NCBI GenBank assembly: GCA_035542615.1
Contig: DATKLB010000022.1
Location: 1-36,367 of the forward strand
Direction of reading: 5' to 3'
DNA: 36,367 nt
Source of the DNA: Spirochaetia bacterium
GTDB lineage: Bacteria > Spirochaetota > Spirochaetia > SZUA-6 > Fen-1364
The notes beneath the pieces were generated by a model that was not told the origin of the DNA, made no database searches, and saw nothing but the letters and a program-made list of their open reading frames with translations. Below are positions 1 through 8,922 of the stretch, one piece after another (within the stretch, counting starts at the first letter, position 1; each line of letters begins with the position of its first letter). Made by a program: the position numbers and the translations under genes.

Positions 1-547
1 CAGACTACGAGAGAACGCGGGTCGAAGAAGCCGCGCGCAACGGCTTCTCTCTGCTCGGTCCGGGCGCTCTCAAGACCCGCGTCTTTTCCGTCGCGTATGG
101 GGATTCACCCAACGGGATGTTCTCCCCGCTCGCGACGGCGAGAGCCTGCGGGCTGCACGCCGAGGCTGAAGCTCTGGGGATTCCGTTCGCTGATTTCGAG
201 GCAGGTGGAGATATAAGCTTTCCCCAGGGGTGCTCGACAGGAGATTCACAGTCGCGCGGGCAGCGTTGGCTGCCCCCGGCTGCGTCGTGAACCCTCCCCG
301 TCTGAAAACCCATGCCCTGACCACCATGACAGGTGCCCTACACCGCTGTCTGCAACGGCTGCGGTCAGTGCGTCGAGGCATGCCCAACGGGCCCAAGTCC
401 ATCCGTCAGGATGACGCCTCGCCTCACAGCGTTCCCCGCTACCTGTACTCGACCTGCATCAGATGCTACTGTTGCCAGGAAACCTGCCCCACCGGCGCCA
501 TCAGCATCCGCCGCGCGCCGCTGGCAGGCCTTTTCGAGCGGAGGTAG
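1..547 (+). pseudogene. Fragmented DUF362-like / 2x[4Fe-4S] ferredoxin-domain gene remnant, 5'-truncated by the window edge, with several reading-frame switches
   Basis: The frame starting at nt 3 reads ...GFSLLGPGALKTRVFSVAYGD...GIPFADFEAGGDISFPQG and stops at TGA 288-290. The frame of nt 230 (open 194-547) carries VVNPPRLKTHALTTMTGAL, a DUF362-type P-K-L-K-T-H motif, and later CIRCYCCQETCPTGAI. The frame of nt 333 (open from 330) carries CNGCGQCVEACPTG. The two CxxCxxCxxxCP motifs of one dicluster domain therefore lie in different frames, with a shift near GGGCCC at about 385-395. The usual roughly 100 aa between the KTH motif and the ferredoxin part is absent. Confidence 0.4.
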
Positions 548-551
548 AGAG

Positions 552-1916
552 ATGCCGATCGCCGTCGACTATCGCAGGATGGTTCCGCCGATTTCCCGGG
601 AGCTCGTGGAGTCATACCGCGAAAAGATACGGGCCATCCACGGAGACCTGCTGTCGCGGCGCAAAGCCGGGACGCTTCCTTTCTATGACCTGCCTCGCCA
701 GGATCTCGCACCGATCGAGACGTACGCGGCGCGGGTGCGGGGCGGGTACAAGAACGTCGTGGTGCTCGGCATCGGCGGTTCTGCGTTGGGCCTCCTCTCC
801 CTCAATTCCGCGCTACGCTCTCCGTTTCCAGCCCTCGAGCCGGCGCCGCGCCTCGCGGTGATGGACAACATCGACCCGGTGCGCATCGACGCCCACCTGA
901 AGGCAATGGATCCCCGGGAGACCATCCTGAATGTGATAACCAAGTCCGGGGATACGGCGGAGACCATGTCCGAGTTTCTCGTGTTTCGCAAATGGTTTAC
1001 CGATGCGTTGGGAACCAGGGGCGCGAAAGACAGGATCGTGGTCACCACGGACCGCAGCAAGGGCGCCTTGAGAAAAATCGCGAACGATGAAGGCTATGCA
1101 AGCTTCGAGGTTCCTGATGGAGTCGGGGGCAGGTTCTCCGTGCTGACGCCCGTCGGTCTGCTGCCTGCCGCTCTCCTCGGCATCGACATTCGGGCACTGC
1201 TGGCAGGAGCGGCTGCCATGGACAAGAGGCTCTCCAGCGGTGAGCTCCTGGAAAATCCGGCATACCTGGGAGCTGCGCTCCACCACGCTGCGTGGCACGA
1301 GGGAAGGCGAATCTCGGTGATGTTTGCCTACGCTGACCAGCTCTATCTCATGGCCGACTGGTACCGCCAGCTCTGGGCGGAGAGCCTGGGCAAGCGCAGG
1401 GCCACGGACGGAAGGATCGTTTCCGCCGGGCCTACTCCCATCAAGGCTCTGGGAGTCACAGACCAGCATTCCCAGGTCCAACTCTACAAGGAAGGCCCGG
1501 ATGACAAGATCTACACGTTCCTGGCTGTCGAGAGCTTTGACGCAACAGTTACCATACCTTCCGCGCCTATCGATGCGGTATCGTATCTCGGCGGTCACTC
1601 GATGAACGAGCTTCTTGCCGCCGAGGAGCTGGCGACGGCAGTCGCACTCTGGAAGGCGGGACGTCCGGTCACGCGAATCGTTTTCCCCAGGGTCAGCGCT
1701 GAGAATGTGGGCGAATACTACCACCTCCTGGAAGTGGAGACCGTGGCCGCCGGAGCTCTCTTCGGCATCGATCCGCTGGATCAGCCCGGCGTTGAGGAAG
1801 GCAAACAGTTCGCGTACGGCATCATGGGCAGGCCCGGATACGAAACAAAGCGCCGGGAAGTCGAAGACCTTGCGCAGGGAGATCCTGCACTGCTCTTCAG
1901 CGCAGAGCGGAGGTGA
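552..1916 (+). CDS. pgi: Glucose-6-phosphate isomerase
   Basis: An in-frame ATG at 552 follows GGAGG (540-544). The product MPIAVDYRR...VVVLGIGGSALG...ITKSGDTAET...GVGGRFSVLT matches the SIS-domain PGI family. The track ORF start at 333 is an upstream extension into the neighbouring remnant. Confidence 0.9.
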   Translation: MPIAVDYRRMVPPISRELVESYREKIRAIHGDLLSRRKAGTLPFYDLPRQDLAPIETYAARVRGGYKNVVVLGIGGSALGLLSLNSALRSPFPALEPAPRLAVMDNIDPVRIDAHLKAMDPRETILNVITKSGDTAETMSEFLVFRKWFTDALGTRGAKDRIVVTTDRSKGALRKIANDEGYASFEVPDGVGGRFSVLTPVGLLPAALLGIDIRALLAGAAAMDKRLSSGELLENPAYLGAALHHAAWHEGRRISVMFAYADQLYLMADWYRQLWAESLGKRRATDGRIVSAGPTPIKALGVTDQHSQVQLYKEGPDDKIYTFLAVESFDATVTIPSAPIDAVSYLGGHSMNELLAAEELATAVALWKAGRPVTRIVFPRVSAENVGEYYHLLEVETVAAGALFGIDPLDQPGVEEGKQFAYGIMGRPGYETKRREVEDLAQGDPALLFSAERR

Positions 1917-2007
1917 CCGGGGAAGGCCCTGCCAGCCCGGGAAAAAGCTTGACCTGATACAAAGTCCACTATTACCTTTAGGGAAACTCTTTTCGTAGGC
2001 GGTATCG

Positions 2008-2682
2008 ATGACGAAGAAGAAAGACCAGCCAGAGGTCTTCGAAGGGGCGCAAAACGTCCCGGGGGGTGGACCCCAAGACGGTGGATCTGGCCAGATAGCG
2101 GGGCAGTCCATGTCGGCGTCCGAACAGAGCGCTCAAAGTCAGGAGGAGCGCACGAAGGCTCTCGCCGCCGAGGTCGCAGATCTCAAGGACAAGCTGCTGC
2201 GCAAGCAGGCTGATTTCGAGAACTTCCGCAAGCGCATGCTGCGCGAAAGGGAAGATGCTGCCCGGTATGCCAACGCGGCGCTCCTGAGCGACCTGATCGG
2301 GCTGATCGATGATTTCGAGCGGGCCATCCACTCCGGGGAGGAATCCCGGGATTTCAGCTCTTTTCTCCAGGGCATTACAATGATCGAGAAGCAGCTGGTG
2401 GAAATGCTGGAGAACCGCTGGGGTCTGAAGAGGTTCGTGTCGGTCGGCGAGCCCTTCGATCCCAACAAGCACGAGGCAGTCCAACGGGTGGAAGGGCCGG
2501 TGGACGCCAGGCCCACCGTGGTGGAGGATTATCAGAAGGGATATTACCTGCACGAGCGGGTCCTGAGACCGGCACGAGTCAAAGTGATGGTGCCGGCGCA
2601 GGGGGAAGACGCGGCTGTACCGGATCCGGCCGCTGCTCCTTCCCCCACCGGCCAGCCACGGGCCAGCCGGGACGGGAAATAG
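2008..2682 (+). CDS. grpE: Nucleotide exchange factor GrpE
   Basis: LKDKLLRKQADFENFRKRMLRE and GYYLHERVLRPARVKV are GrpE-family hallmarks. It is the first gene of a grpE-dnaK-dnaJ array. The N-terminal start is uncertain because that region is variable. Confidence 0.9.
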   Translation: MTKKKDQPEVFEGAQNVPGGGPQDGGSGQIAGQSMSASEQSAQSQEERTKALAAEVADLKDKLLRKQADFENFRKRMLREREDAARYANAALLSDLIGLIDDFERAIHSGEESRDFSSFLQGITMIEKQLVEMLENRWGLKRFVSVGEPFDPNKHEAVQRVEGPVDARPTVVEDYQKGYYLHERVLRPARVKVMVPAQGEDAAVPDPAAAPSPTGQPRASRDGK

Positions 2683-2694
2683 GGAGATCCCGGG

Positions 2695-4647
2695 ATGGGA
2701 AAGATCATCGGCATCGATCTCGGAACGACGAACTCGTGCGTCGCCATCATGGAGGGCAGCCAGCCGGTCGTGATCCAGAACTCGGAGGGCCAGAGGACGA
2801 CCCCCTCGGTTGTCGCCTTCACGGACAAAGACGAGCGGCTCGTCGGTCAGCCCGCGAAGAACCAGATGATCACCAACCCCGAGAACACCGTGTACTCGAT
2901 CAAGAGGTTCATGGGGCGAAGGTACCCGGAAGTGAAGGAGGAAATCCGCCGTGTCCCCTTCGCCGTCATGGACGGCGGCAACGATGTGCGAGTGCAGATT
3001 CGCGGCCAGCTGTATTCGCCCCCTGAGATCTCCGCCGCAATACTGCAGAAGATGAGGAAGACCGCGGAGGACTACCTCGGAGAGACGATCACCGAGGCAG
3101 TCATCACCGTTCCCGCGTATTTCAACGACGCTCAGCGCCAGGCCACGAAGGACGCGGGACGGATTGCGGGCCTCGATGTCAAGCGCATCGTCAACGAGCC
3201 GACTGCCGCGGCACTGGCCTACGGCCTGGACAAGGGCGGGCGGGAAGAAACTATCGCTGTGTACGACCTCGGCGGAGGCACATTCGATATCTCCATCCTC
3301 GAGCTGGGAGACGGGGTTTTCGAGGTGAAGTCCACCAATGGGGATACGCACCTGGGGGGTGACGATTTCGACCAGCGCATCATCGAGTGGCTCGTCGGAG
3401 AGTTCACGGGGGATAACGGGATCGACCTGTCCCGGGATCGAATGGCCCTGCAGCGGTTGAAGGAGGCGGCTGAGAAGGCGAAGATCGAGCTCTCCAGCAC
3501 GCAGACAACTACGATCAATCTCCCGTTCATCACGGCGGACCAGACCGGCCCAAAGCACATGAATTACACCCTGACCAGGGCGAAGCTCGAGCAGCTCCTC
3601 GTCGACCTGTTTGAAAAAACCCGTGCTCCCTGCCTGCAGGCCCTGCAGGACGCGGGCCTCAAGCCGGTTGACATCGATCATGTGATTCTCGTGGGAGGTT
3701 CCACACGTATTCCAGCGGTCCAGGCGCTCGTCAAGGACATCTTTGGAAAGGACGGCAGCAAGGGAGTGAACCCGGATGAAGTGGTGGCTGTCGGTGCTTC
3801 CATCCAGGGCGGCATCCTCGGTGGAGACATCAAGGACGTCCTGCTCCTTGACGTCACCCCGCTCTCCCTCGGAATAGAGACTCTCGGGGGAGTCTTCACG
3901 AAGCTGATCGAACGCAATACAACTATTCCTACGCGCAAGAGCCAGACCTTTTCTACCGCCTCGGACAGCCAGACCGCGGTTTCCGTCCATGTTCTCCAGG
4001 GCGAACGGGAGATGGCCAGCCAGAACCGGACGCTGGGGAGGTTCGACCTGGTGGGTATCCCCCCTGCTCCGCGCGGGGTGCCGCAGATCGACGTGACGTT
4101 CGATATCGATGCGAATGGAATCGTCCATGTGTCAGCCAGGGACCTCGGCACGGGCAAGGAGCAGAAGATCCGCATCGAGAGCTCATCCGGGCTTTCCGAG
4201 GAAGAGATCCGCCGCATGGTGAAGGAAGCGGAATCCAATGCGGCGGTCGACAGGATGGAGCGTGAAAGAGCAGAAGCGAGAAACGATGCCGACAGCCTTC
4301 TGTACTCCACGGAAAAATCCCTGGGCGAGTACAGGGAGCGTGTGACGGCAGAGGACAGGAGCGCGATCGAGAACGCCGCCGCCGAGCTTCGCGCGGTCAT
4401 GGACAGCCGTGACCTCCCTCTTCTCAAGGCAAAGACCGATGTATTGAGGAAAGCGGCCTATCGGCTGGCGGAAGAAGTGTACTCCGCGCGAAGCGAGCAG
4501 GCCCGGGGATCAACCACATCCTCAGGGAACGGCGCATCGGGCGCGGGACGCTCCCCCCGGGGGGGCGGGAGATCCGCCGCGTCCACTGAAAGGACAACCG
4601 AAGAAGCAGACTACGAGGTTGTCGACGACGAGAAGCAGAAAACCTGA
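2695..4647 (+). CDS. dnaK: Molecular chaperone DnaK (Hsp70)
   Basis: Carries Hsp70 signatures [22 protein letters not shown] and [19 protein letters not shown] lies upstream of the ATG, and the length is a full 650 aa. Confidence 0.98.
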   Translation: MGKIIGIDLGTTNSCVAIMEGSQPVVIQNSEGQRTTPSVVAFTDKDERLVGQPAKNQMITNPENTVYSIKRFMGRRYPEVKEEIRRVPFAVMDGGNDVRVQIRGQLYSPPEISAAILQKMRKTAEDYLGETITEAVITVPAYFNDAQRQATKDAGRIAGLDVKRIVNEPTAAALAYGLDKGGREETIAVYDLGGGTFDISILELGDGVFEVKSTNGDTHLGGDDFDQRIIEWLVGEFTGDNGIDLSRDRMALQRLKEAAEKAKIELSSTQTTTINLPFITADQTGPKHMNYTLTRAKLEQLLVDLFEKTRAPCLQALQDAGLKPVDIDHVILVGGSTRIPAVQALVKDIFGKDGSKGVNPDEVVAVGASIQGGILGGDIKDVLLLDVTPLSLGIETLGGVFTKLIERNTTIPTRKSQTFSTASDSQTAVSVHVLQGEREMASQNRTLGRFDLVGIPPAPRGVPQIDVTFDIDANGIVHVSARDLGTGKEQKIRIESSSGLSEEEIRRMVKEAESNAAVDRMERERAEARNDADSLLYSTEKSLGEYRERVTAEDRSAIENAAAELRAVMDSRDLPLLKAKTDVLRKAAYRLAEEVYSARSEQARGSTTSSGNGASGAGRSPRGGGRSAASTERTTEEADYEVVDDEKQKT

Positions 4648-4650
4648 AGC

Positions 4651-5781
4651 ATGGCAAAACGAGACTTCTACGAGGTCCTGGGCGTCGCGAAAGGCGCGTC
4701 CCGCGACGAGATAAAGAAGGCCTACCGGCAGCTGGCGATCAAGTACCACCCCGACCGCAACCAGGGGGACAGGGACTCGGAGGAGAGGTTCAAGGAAGCC
4801 ACGGAGGCGTACGAGATCCTGGCGGACGACCGCAAACGCCGGGCCTATGACCAGTACGGGTTCGCCGGCGTCAACGGCATGGGGCAGCCCACGGCCCAGG
4901 ACTTCTCGACGATCTTCCAGGGCTTCGAGGACATCTTCGGGGACTTCAGCGGGTTCTTCGACTCGTTCTTCGGCACGACTGGGAGCCGGCGCAAGTCATC
5001 GCGCGCCTATGGCCAGCAGGGCTCGGACCTGCGCTACGACATGGAGATCTCCTTTCTTGAGGCGGCGTTCGGAACAAAGCGGGAGATCTCCTATGCTCGG
5101 GCGGAACGCTGCGAGGTCTGCGGCGGGACTGGCGCGGACAGGGGCACGGGAAGGAAGCTCTGCCCCACCTGCGGCGGCTCGGGGCAGGTCCGCAGGAACT
5201 CGGGTTTCTTTTCCATTGCCTCCACATGCCCGACCTGCAACGGCGAGGGAGAGATCGTCGAGAAGCCGTGCTCGAACTGCCGGGGAAGCGGCCTTGTCCG
5301 GCGCAACCGGACGGTCACCGTTACCATTCCCGCCGGCATCGAGGACGGCAAGAGGCTCAGTCTTGGAGGGCAGGGAGACGTGGGAACCAACGGCGCGCGG
5401 GACGGCGACCTGTACATTTTCCTTCGGGTGCAGCCCCATGAGCTGTACGAGCGCGACGGCAACGACGTCTACTGCGCTGTTCCCATCTCGTTCACGCAGG
5501 CTGCCCTCGGCTCCGAGATCGTCATCACCACGCTGGACGACAAGACGGTCCGCCTGTCCGTGCCTCCAGGAACCCAGAACGGCAGGATCCTTCGCCTCAA
5601 GGGGGAAGGGATTCCCGAGCTGCACAGCCCCGGCAAGCGCGGCGACCTGTACATCAAGCTCATCGTCAAAGTTCCGACGAAAGTTTCCGCCCGGGCGAAG
5701 GAGCTTCTCAAGGAGCTGGCCAGCGTCAACGGAGAAGAAAAGAGCCCCAAGCCCATCCCCTTGTCCGAGCTGAAGCAATGA
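4651..5781 (+). CDS. dnaJ: Co-chaperone DnaJ
   Basis: Has a J domain with HPD (KYHPDRN), a G/F-rich linker and four CxxCxGxG repeats ([32 protein letters not shown]). It starts 3 nt after the dnaK stop. Confidence 0.97.
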   Translation: MAKRDFYEVLGVAKGASRDEIKKAYRQLAIKYHPDRNQGDRDSEERFKEATEAYEILADDRKRRAYDQYGFAGVNGMGQPTAQDFSTIFQGFEDIFGDFSGFFDSFFGTTGSRRKSSRAYGQQGSDLRYDMEISFLEAAFGTKREISYARAERCEVCGGTGADRGTGRKLCPTCGGSGQVRRNSGFFSIASTCPTCNGEGEIVEKPCSNCRGSGLVRRNRTVTVTIPAGIEDGKRLSLGGQGDVGTNGARDGDLYIFLRVQPHELYERDGNDVYCAVPISFTQAALGSEIVITTLDDKTVRLSVPPGTQNGRILRLKGEGIPELHSPGKRGDLYIKLIVKVPTKVSARAKELLKELASVNGEEKSPKPIPLSELKQ

Positions 5782-5796
5782 CATAGCATTGCTTCC

Positions 5797-7164
5797 ATGG
5801 AAAAAGTTGCCGCGATCGTTGTTTCCGTCACCGTGACCCTTCTGGCCTTCGAGGCTCTGCTGCTCGCCATCCGTTCTTCGAGGTGCGCGCGGATGCAGGA
5901 GCCGCTGTGCCTCTCTTTCTTTCTGGCAGCGGTCGCCGTCGGCCTCGCGTTCCCCTTTCTCCTTGGCGCCGGCAGCATTCTCGCGGTCTTCATCCTCTGG
6001 GCCGCGGGCGCCTTTCTCATCGAGGCGCGCGGCCGAACCGGTCACGGCAGGCTGCGCCTGCCATGGGCGTTCGCCTGCGCGGGCTTTGCCTGTTCCCTGG
6101 TCCTGGGGAACCTCTGTGGGCTCGGGCGGACCGTCCTCTATTCCGCATTCGATGCCGCTGGAACCTGCGCTCTCGGCGCGTTCGCCGCGAAGCTCATGCT
6201 GGGCATCGGGCGCGGCTCCCGGTCCACTCCGCTGTTTGCCGCCCTGGTGTCCGCATGCACATGGTTCGTCGTGGCATCAGTGGACACGGTGCTCTCCTCG
6301 TTCGGGCTTCGCTATCCGGACCTCTCCGTCATACCCCTGTTCACGCTCTCTCTCTGCCTGGGTTGGCTCGTGTTCCAGGAGGGCTACCCGTCCCGAGCCG
6401 GGTGGCGTGGACGGCTGGCGGCCCTGGAGCTGGAGGAGAGGCTCCCGCATGCCGCGTACGCCCGTGTGCTGGACCAGGAGACGGCCCTCGCGCGCCAGGA
6501 TCGTCTGGTGGCCGCGGGTTTGCTTGTCCTCGGAGTGGCGCATGAGTTCAAGAACACCCTTTCCTACATCAGGGCTGTGGCGGAACGAGGTCTGGACCGG
6601 CCAGAAGCCGACAGCAAAGACGAAAGCCTGAGGCTTCTCATGGAGCACGTGGAAACCGGAAAAGAGTCAGCCGTCACCCTGCTGGAAAGGCTCTCGCGTG
6701 AGGGAAGAGAGGAGCCCTGCCTCATCGACCCGGAGCGCGACCTTGTGCGCTTCCTGCGGCTCATACGGGCCGGTTATCGCGGAGAAGGGATCCTCATGCC
6801 TGCCTCGCTTGAACCTGGGGTCAGGTTCATAGCAAGAAAGAGCGAAGTCGAGCAGATCCTCCATAACCTCGTGCGAAACGCGGTCGAAGGCCTGCAGTGC
6901 CGGGGGTTGGCCGAACAAAAGCTCATCGAGGTCTCCTCTCGACGTGTCGATGGTCGAGCCATCCTGGACGTGAAGGACAACGCGGGAGGGATGACCGCTG
7001 CCGCCGCGCGCCGCCTCTTTACACCCCGCTACTCGCAGACAGGGGGCACGGGACTGGGTCTGTACCTGTCGAGGAGCCTCGCCAGCCAGAATGGAGGAAC
7101 TCTCGAGTACCTCCCCGCGGACGGCGGGAGCGTGTTCCGGCTCAGCTTTCCGATCGCTAGTTGA
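5797..7164 (+). CDS. Membrane-bound sensor histidine kinase (orphan; no response regulator in the window)
   Basis: Has about six N-terminal hydrophobic segments, then H-box HEFKNTLSYI, N-box NLVRNAVEG, G1 DNAGGM and G2 GTGLGLYLS. It starts 15 nt after the dnaJ stop. Confidence 0.85.
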   Translation: MEKVAAIVVSVTVTLLAFEALLLAIRSSRCARMQEPLCLSFFLAAVAVGLAFPFLLGAGSILAVFILWAAGAFLIEARGRTGHGRLRLPWAFACAGFACSLVLGNLCGLGRTVLYSAFDAAGTCALGAFAAKLMLGIGRGSRSTPLFAALVSACTWFVVASVDTVLSSFGLRYPDLSVIPLFTLSLCLGWLVFQEGYPSRAGWRGRLAALELEERLPHAAYARVLDQETALARQDRLVAAGLLVLGVAHEFKNTLSYIRAVAERGLDRPEADSKDESLRLLMEHVETGKESAVTLLERLSREGREEPCLIDPERDLVRFLRLIRAGYRGEGILMPASLEPGVRFIARKSEVEQILHNLVRNAVEGLQCRGLAEQKLIEVSSRRVDGRAILDVKDNAGGMTAAAARRLFTPRYSQTGGTGLGLYLSRSLASQNGGTLEYLPADGGSVFRLSFPIAS

Positions 7165-7612
7165 TGTGTGCGGTCAGGCTGACAGAGTGGCCGCTGGAGG
7201 GATTCGTGCCCTGCGTGTAGGGCATCTGGATCAGGTTCAGCTCCGTTCCTGAAGGATCGAAGAAATCATCCGGGGCCGGGGAGGCATAAAATGTCGAGCC
7301 GCTGGCGCCGCTGGTGTACGAGGTGACGAGGGTGTACCGCTGGTTCGGCAGCTTGTTAAGAATCACCAGGAAATGGGCGTACGTGCCGTCGTACGTCGCG
7401 GAGCTCGTTGTCTGGCTGAAGGCTTGCCCCGCGTCCGATGACGCGGAGACCGTAACGCTCGAGCCGGGTTGACTCCAGTCCGGATGGCTGGACCCCAGCA
7501 CGCGCACATCCACGGAGATGGCGTTCGACGGATAAATGAGGTTCAGCACCTGGCTGCAGCCTGACAGCGCGAATGCCAGGGCCGCCACCAATACCGGCGT
7601 CCACTTTCTCAC
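7157..7612 (-). CDS. Small lipoprotein of unknown function (paralog B)
   Basis: I prefer the GTG at 7612 (preceded by AGAGGAAAC) over the track ATG at 7651. It has a signal peptide ending in the lipobox LSGC. It shares C-x3-L-x-(L/V)-IYP, L-x-N-x2-Y-x-L-x-T-x-Y and F(F/Y)DPS blocks with the 7739-8173 product. Confidence 0.7.
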   Translation of the reverse strand: MRKWTPVLVAALAFALSGCSQVLNLIYPSNAISVDVRVLGSSHPDWSQPGSSVTVSASSDAGQAFSQTTSSATYDGTYAHFLVILNKLPNQRYTLVTSYTSGASGSTFYASPAPDDFFDPSGTELNLIQMPYTQGTNPSSGHSVSLTAHIN

Positions 7613-7692
7613 GATCCGTGTTTCCTCTGTTTCTCCCCAAGTATAGCACAAATGTCAGGCAGTTTGCCACCCCTTTCTCGGGAGGTCGTCGC

Positions 7693-7720
7693 AAAAAAAA
7701 CGCCTCCGAAGTGGGGGCGT
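7693..7720 (-). terminator. Rho-independent terminator between the two lipoprotein genes
   Basis: The minus-strand RNA reads CGCCCCC-ACUUC-GGAGGCG (4 bp, one C.A mismatch, 2 bp) followed by U8. It lies 19 nt after the stop of the 7739-8173 gene. Confidence 0.55.
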
Positions 7721-7738
7721 CCATTCTTGCTGCTCGCT

Positions 7739-8173
7739 TTATGGGAAGTACACGGTCAGCGGGCCGGTAATGTCCGATGACTTGAAGTAAGGGACGGCAA
7801 CCGAGGAGGTGTAGAAATTCGAAGGATCGTAGAAGTAATACGTATAAAAGGAAGAGCTCAGTGCCGGTTTATACACCGTATACAGGCCGTACGTGTCGTT
7901 TTTGAGCTTTGTAAACTGGAAATCGTAGTAGTTGTACACGGCGTCATAGCTCTGGTACGAATACGAAGTGAAGCCCTGAACGCTGTTCCCGGAGCTATCC
8001 AGGAGCTGCACGGTCACGTAGACCGGACTGTGTGAGAAGGCCACAGCCACCGTTACGTTCACTATCTGCCTCTCAGGGTAGATTACATCCAGCATGGCGT
8101 TGCAGCTGGAAAGCCCGACGACACTCCCTGCGGCGAGGGCCGCCATCACTACAAGTTTTTTCATGAGTTTCAT
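7739..8173 (-). CDS. Small tyrosine-rich lipoprotein of unknown function (paralog A)
   Basis: ATG at 8173 is preceded by GGGGAGGACAAGGGA. The signal peptide MKLMKKLVVMAALAAGSVVGLSSC carries a lipobox. By my count there are 18 Tyr in the roughly 120-aa mature part. The track start at 8248 would overlap the upstream gene. Confidence 0.7.
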   Translation of the reverse strand: MKLMKKLVVMAALAAGSVVGLSSCNAMLDVIYPERQIVNVTVAVAFSHSPVYVTVQLLDSSGNSVQGFTSYSYQSYDAVYNYYDFQFTKLKNDTYGLYTVYKPALSSSFYTYYFYDPSNFYTSSVAVPYFKSSDITGPLTVYFP

Positions 8174-8190
8174 TCCCTTGTCCTCCCCGA

Positions 8191-8748
8191 TCAAAAGTAG
8201 ATGGCGACGTTGAAGCTGACCGAACTTCCGTCCGTGAGCGTGCTCCAATTCCCGCGCGACGCATCACTAAAGGCCGCGCTGAGGTCGTTCCAGTTCGCGA
8301 ACACCTGGGTTCCGGAGAAATTGACTCCCCACCAACCGAATTTCACGCCAATTCCCGCCCGCGCGTTCACCCCGACGTTGCCATAATCCGTGCTGTCGTA
8401 GATGTACAGGTGGTTGAAGCCAATTGTCCCGTACGCAAGAACCGGCCGAAGCACGAACCGCACGCCGACGTCGAAGAGGTTCAGGAACCCCGGCGCGTAG
8501 TAGCCAGTTGCATTCCAAACCCAGTAGTCGGGCATCGCGAAAGCATCCCAGGAAAAGTACAGAATGCTGTACGCGTAGCCAACGTGGAAGCCCAGGATGG
8601 AGTTCACTGCATTCGGATCCGCAATATTGCTGGAGTTCCGGCTCGGCGTCCAGCTCAGCCCGAGCTCCCATTCTCCACGCTCGGCGAAAGCGGGCACTGC
8701 CAGAGCCAGAAGCAGTATCGCCGCCAGCGGAAGCAGAATCTTCTTCAT
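8191..8748 (-). CDS. Small outer-membrane beta-barrel protein (OmpW/OmpA-barrel-like size class)
   Basis: Has a cleavable signal peptide (MKKILLPLAAILLLALAVPAFA), alternating aromatic/small residues throughout and a C-terminal ...NVAIYF beta-signal. A strong RBS GAGGAGGA is present. A 17-nt gap separates it from the downstream lipoprotein gene. Confidence 0.7.
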   Translation of the reverse strand: MKKILLPLAAILLLALAVPAFAERGEWELGLSWTPSRNSSNIADPNAVNSILGFHVGYAYSILYFSWDAFAMPDYWVWNATGYYAPGFLNLFDVGVRFVLRPVLAYGTIGFNHLYIYDSTDYGNVGVNARAGIGVKFGWWGVNFSGTQVFANWNDLSAAFSDASRGNWSTLTDGSSVSFNVAIYF

Positions 8749-8822
8749 CGTGTTCCTCCTCGATGTTCCAATCCCCTCGCCGGAGGGGACGAAGCAACTG
8801 CGCTATGTACCCGGTACACACC

Positions 8823-8831
8823 ATTGTAACA
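8823..8831 (-). promoter_or_regulatory. Candidate extended -10 promoter (TGTTACAAT) for the OMP-lipoprotein operon
   Basis: The minus strand reads cgcgTGTTACAATgg about 75 nt upstream of the OMP ATG. The predicted 5' UTR contains a perfect CCCCTC-N4-GAGGGG hairpin (8773-8788). Confidence 0.3.
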
Positions 8832-8885
8832 CGCGGGTCGGCCAAAAGCAGCACTCGCGGGAAAAGTCCGCCAACGTGCTTCTGC

Positions 8886-8915
8886 TTGAAACGCCGTGAC
8901 GCGGGCTGGTACTAT
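8886..8915 (+). promoter_or_regulatory. Candidate sigma70-type promoter for buk (TTGAAA-18-TACTAT)
   Basis: -35 TTGAAA is at 8886-8891 and -10 TACTAT at 8910-8915. The family-consistent ATG at 8923 lies only 7 nt downstream of the -10. Confidence 0.4.
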
Positions 8916-8922
8916 GACGCGG

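Noticed and set aside
1941-2007. Searched upstream of grpE for a CIRCE element (TTAGCACTC-N9-GAGTGCTAA) or a sigma32-type promoter.
   Set aside because: No CIRCE-like inverted repeat is present. There is only a weak TTGACC-15-TATTAC arrangement with sub-optimal spacing, which is not enough to call a feature.
1978-4128. A 716-aa ORF antisense to grpE/dnaK.
   Set aside because: A long open antisense frame opposite hsp70 genes is a well-known artefact of codon usage in GC-rich dnaK genes. The translation is Arg/Leu/Gly/Asp-rich with no motifs, and it fully overlaps two unambiguous genes.
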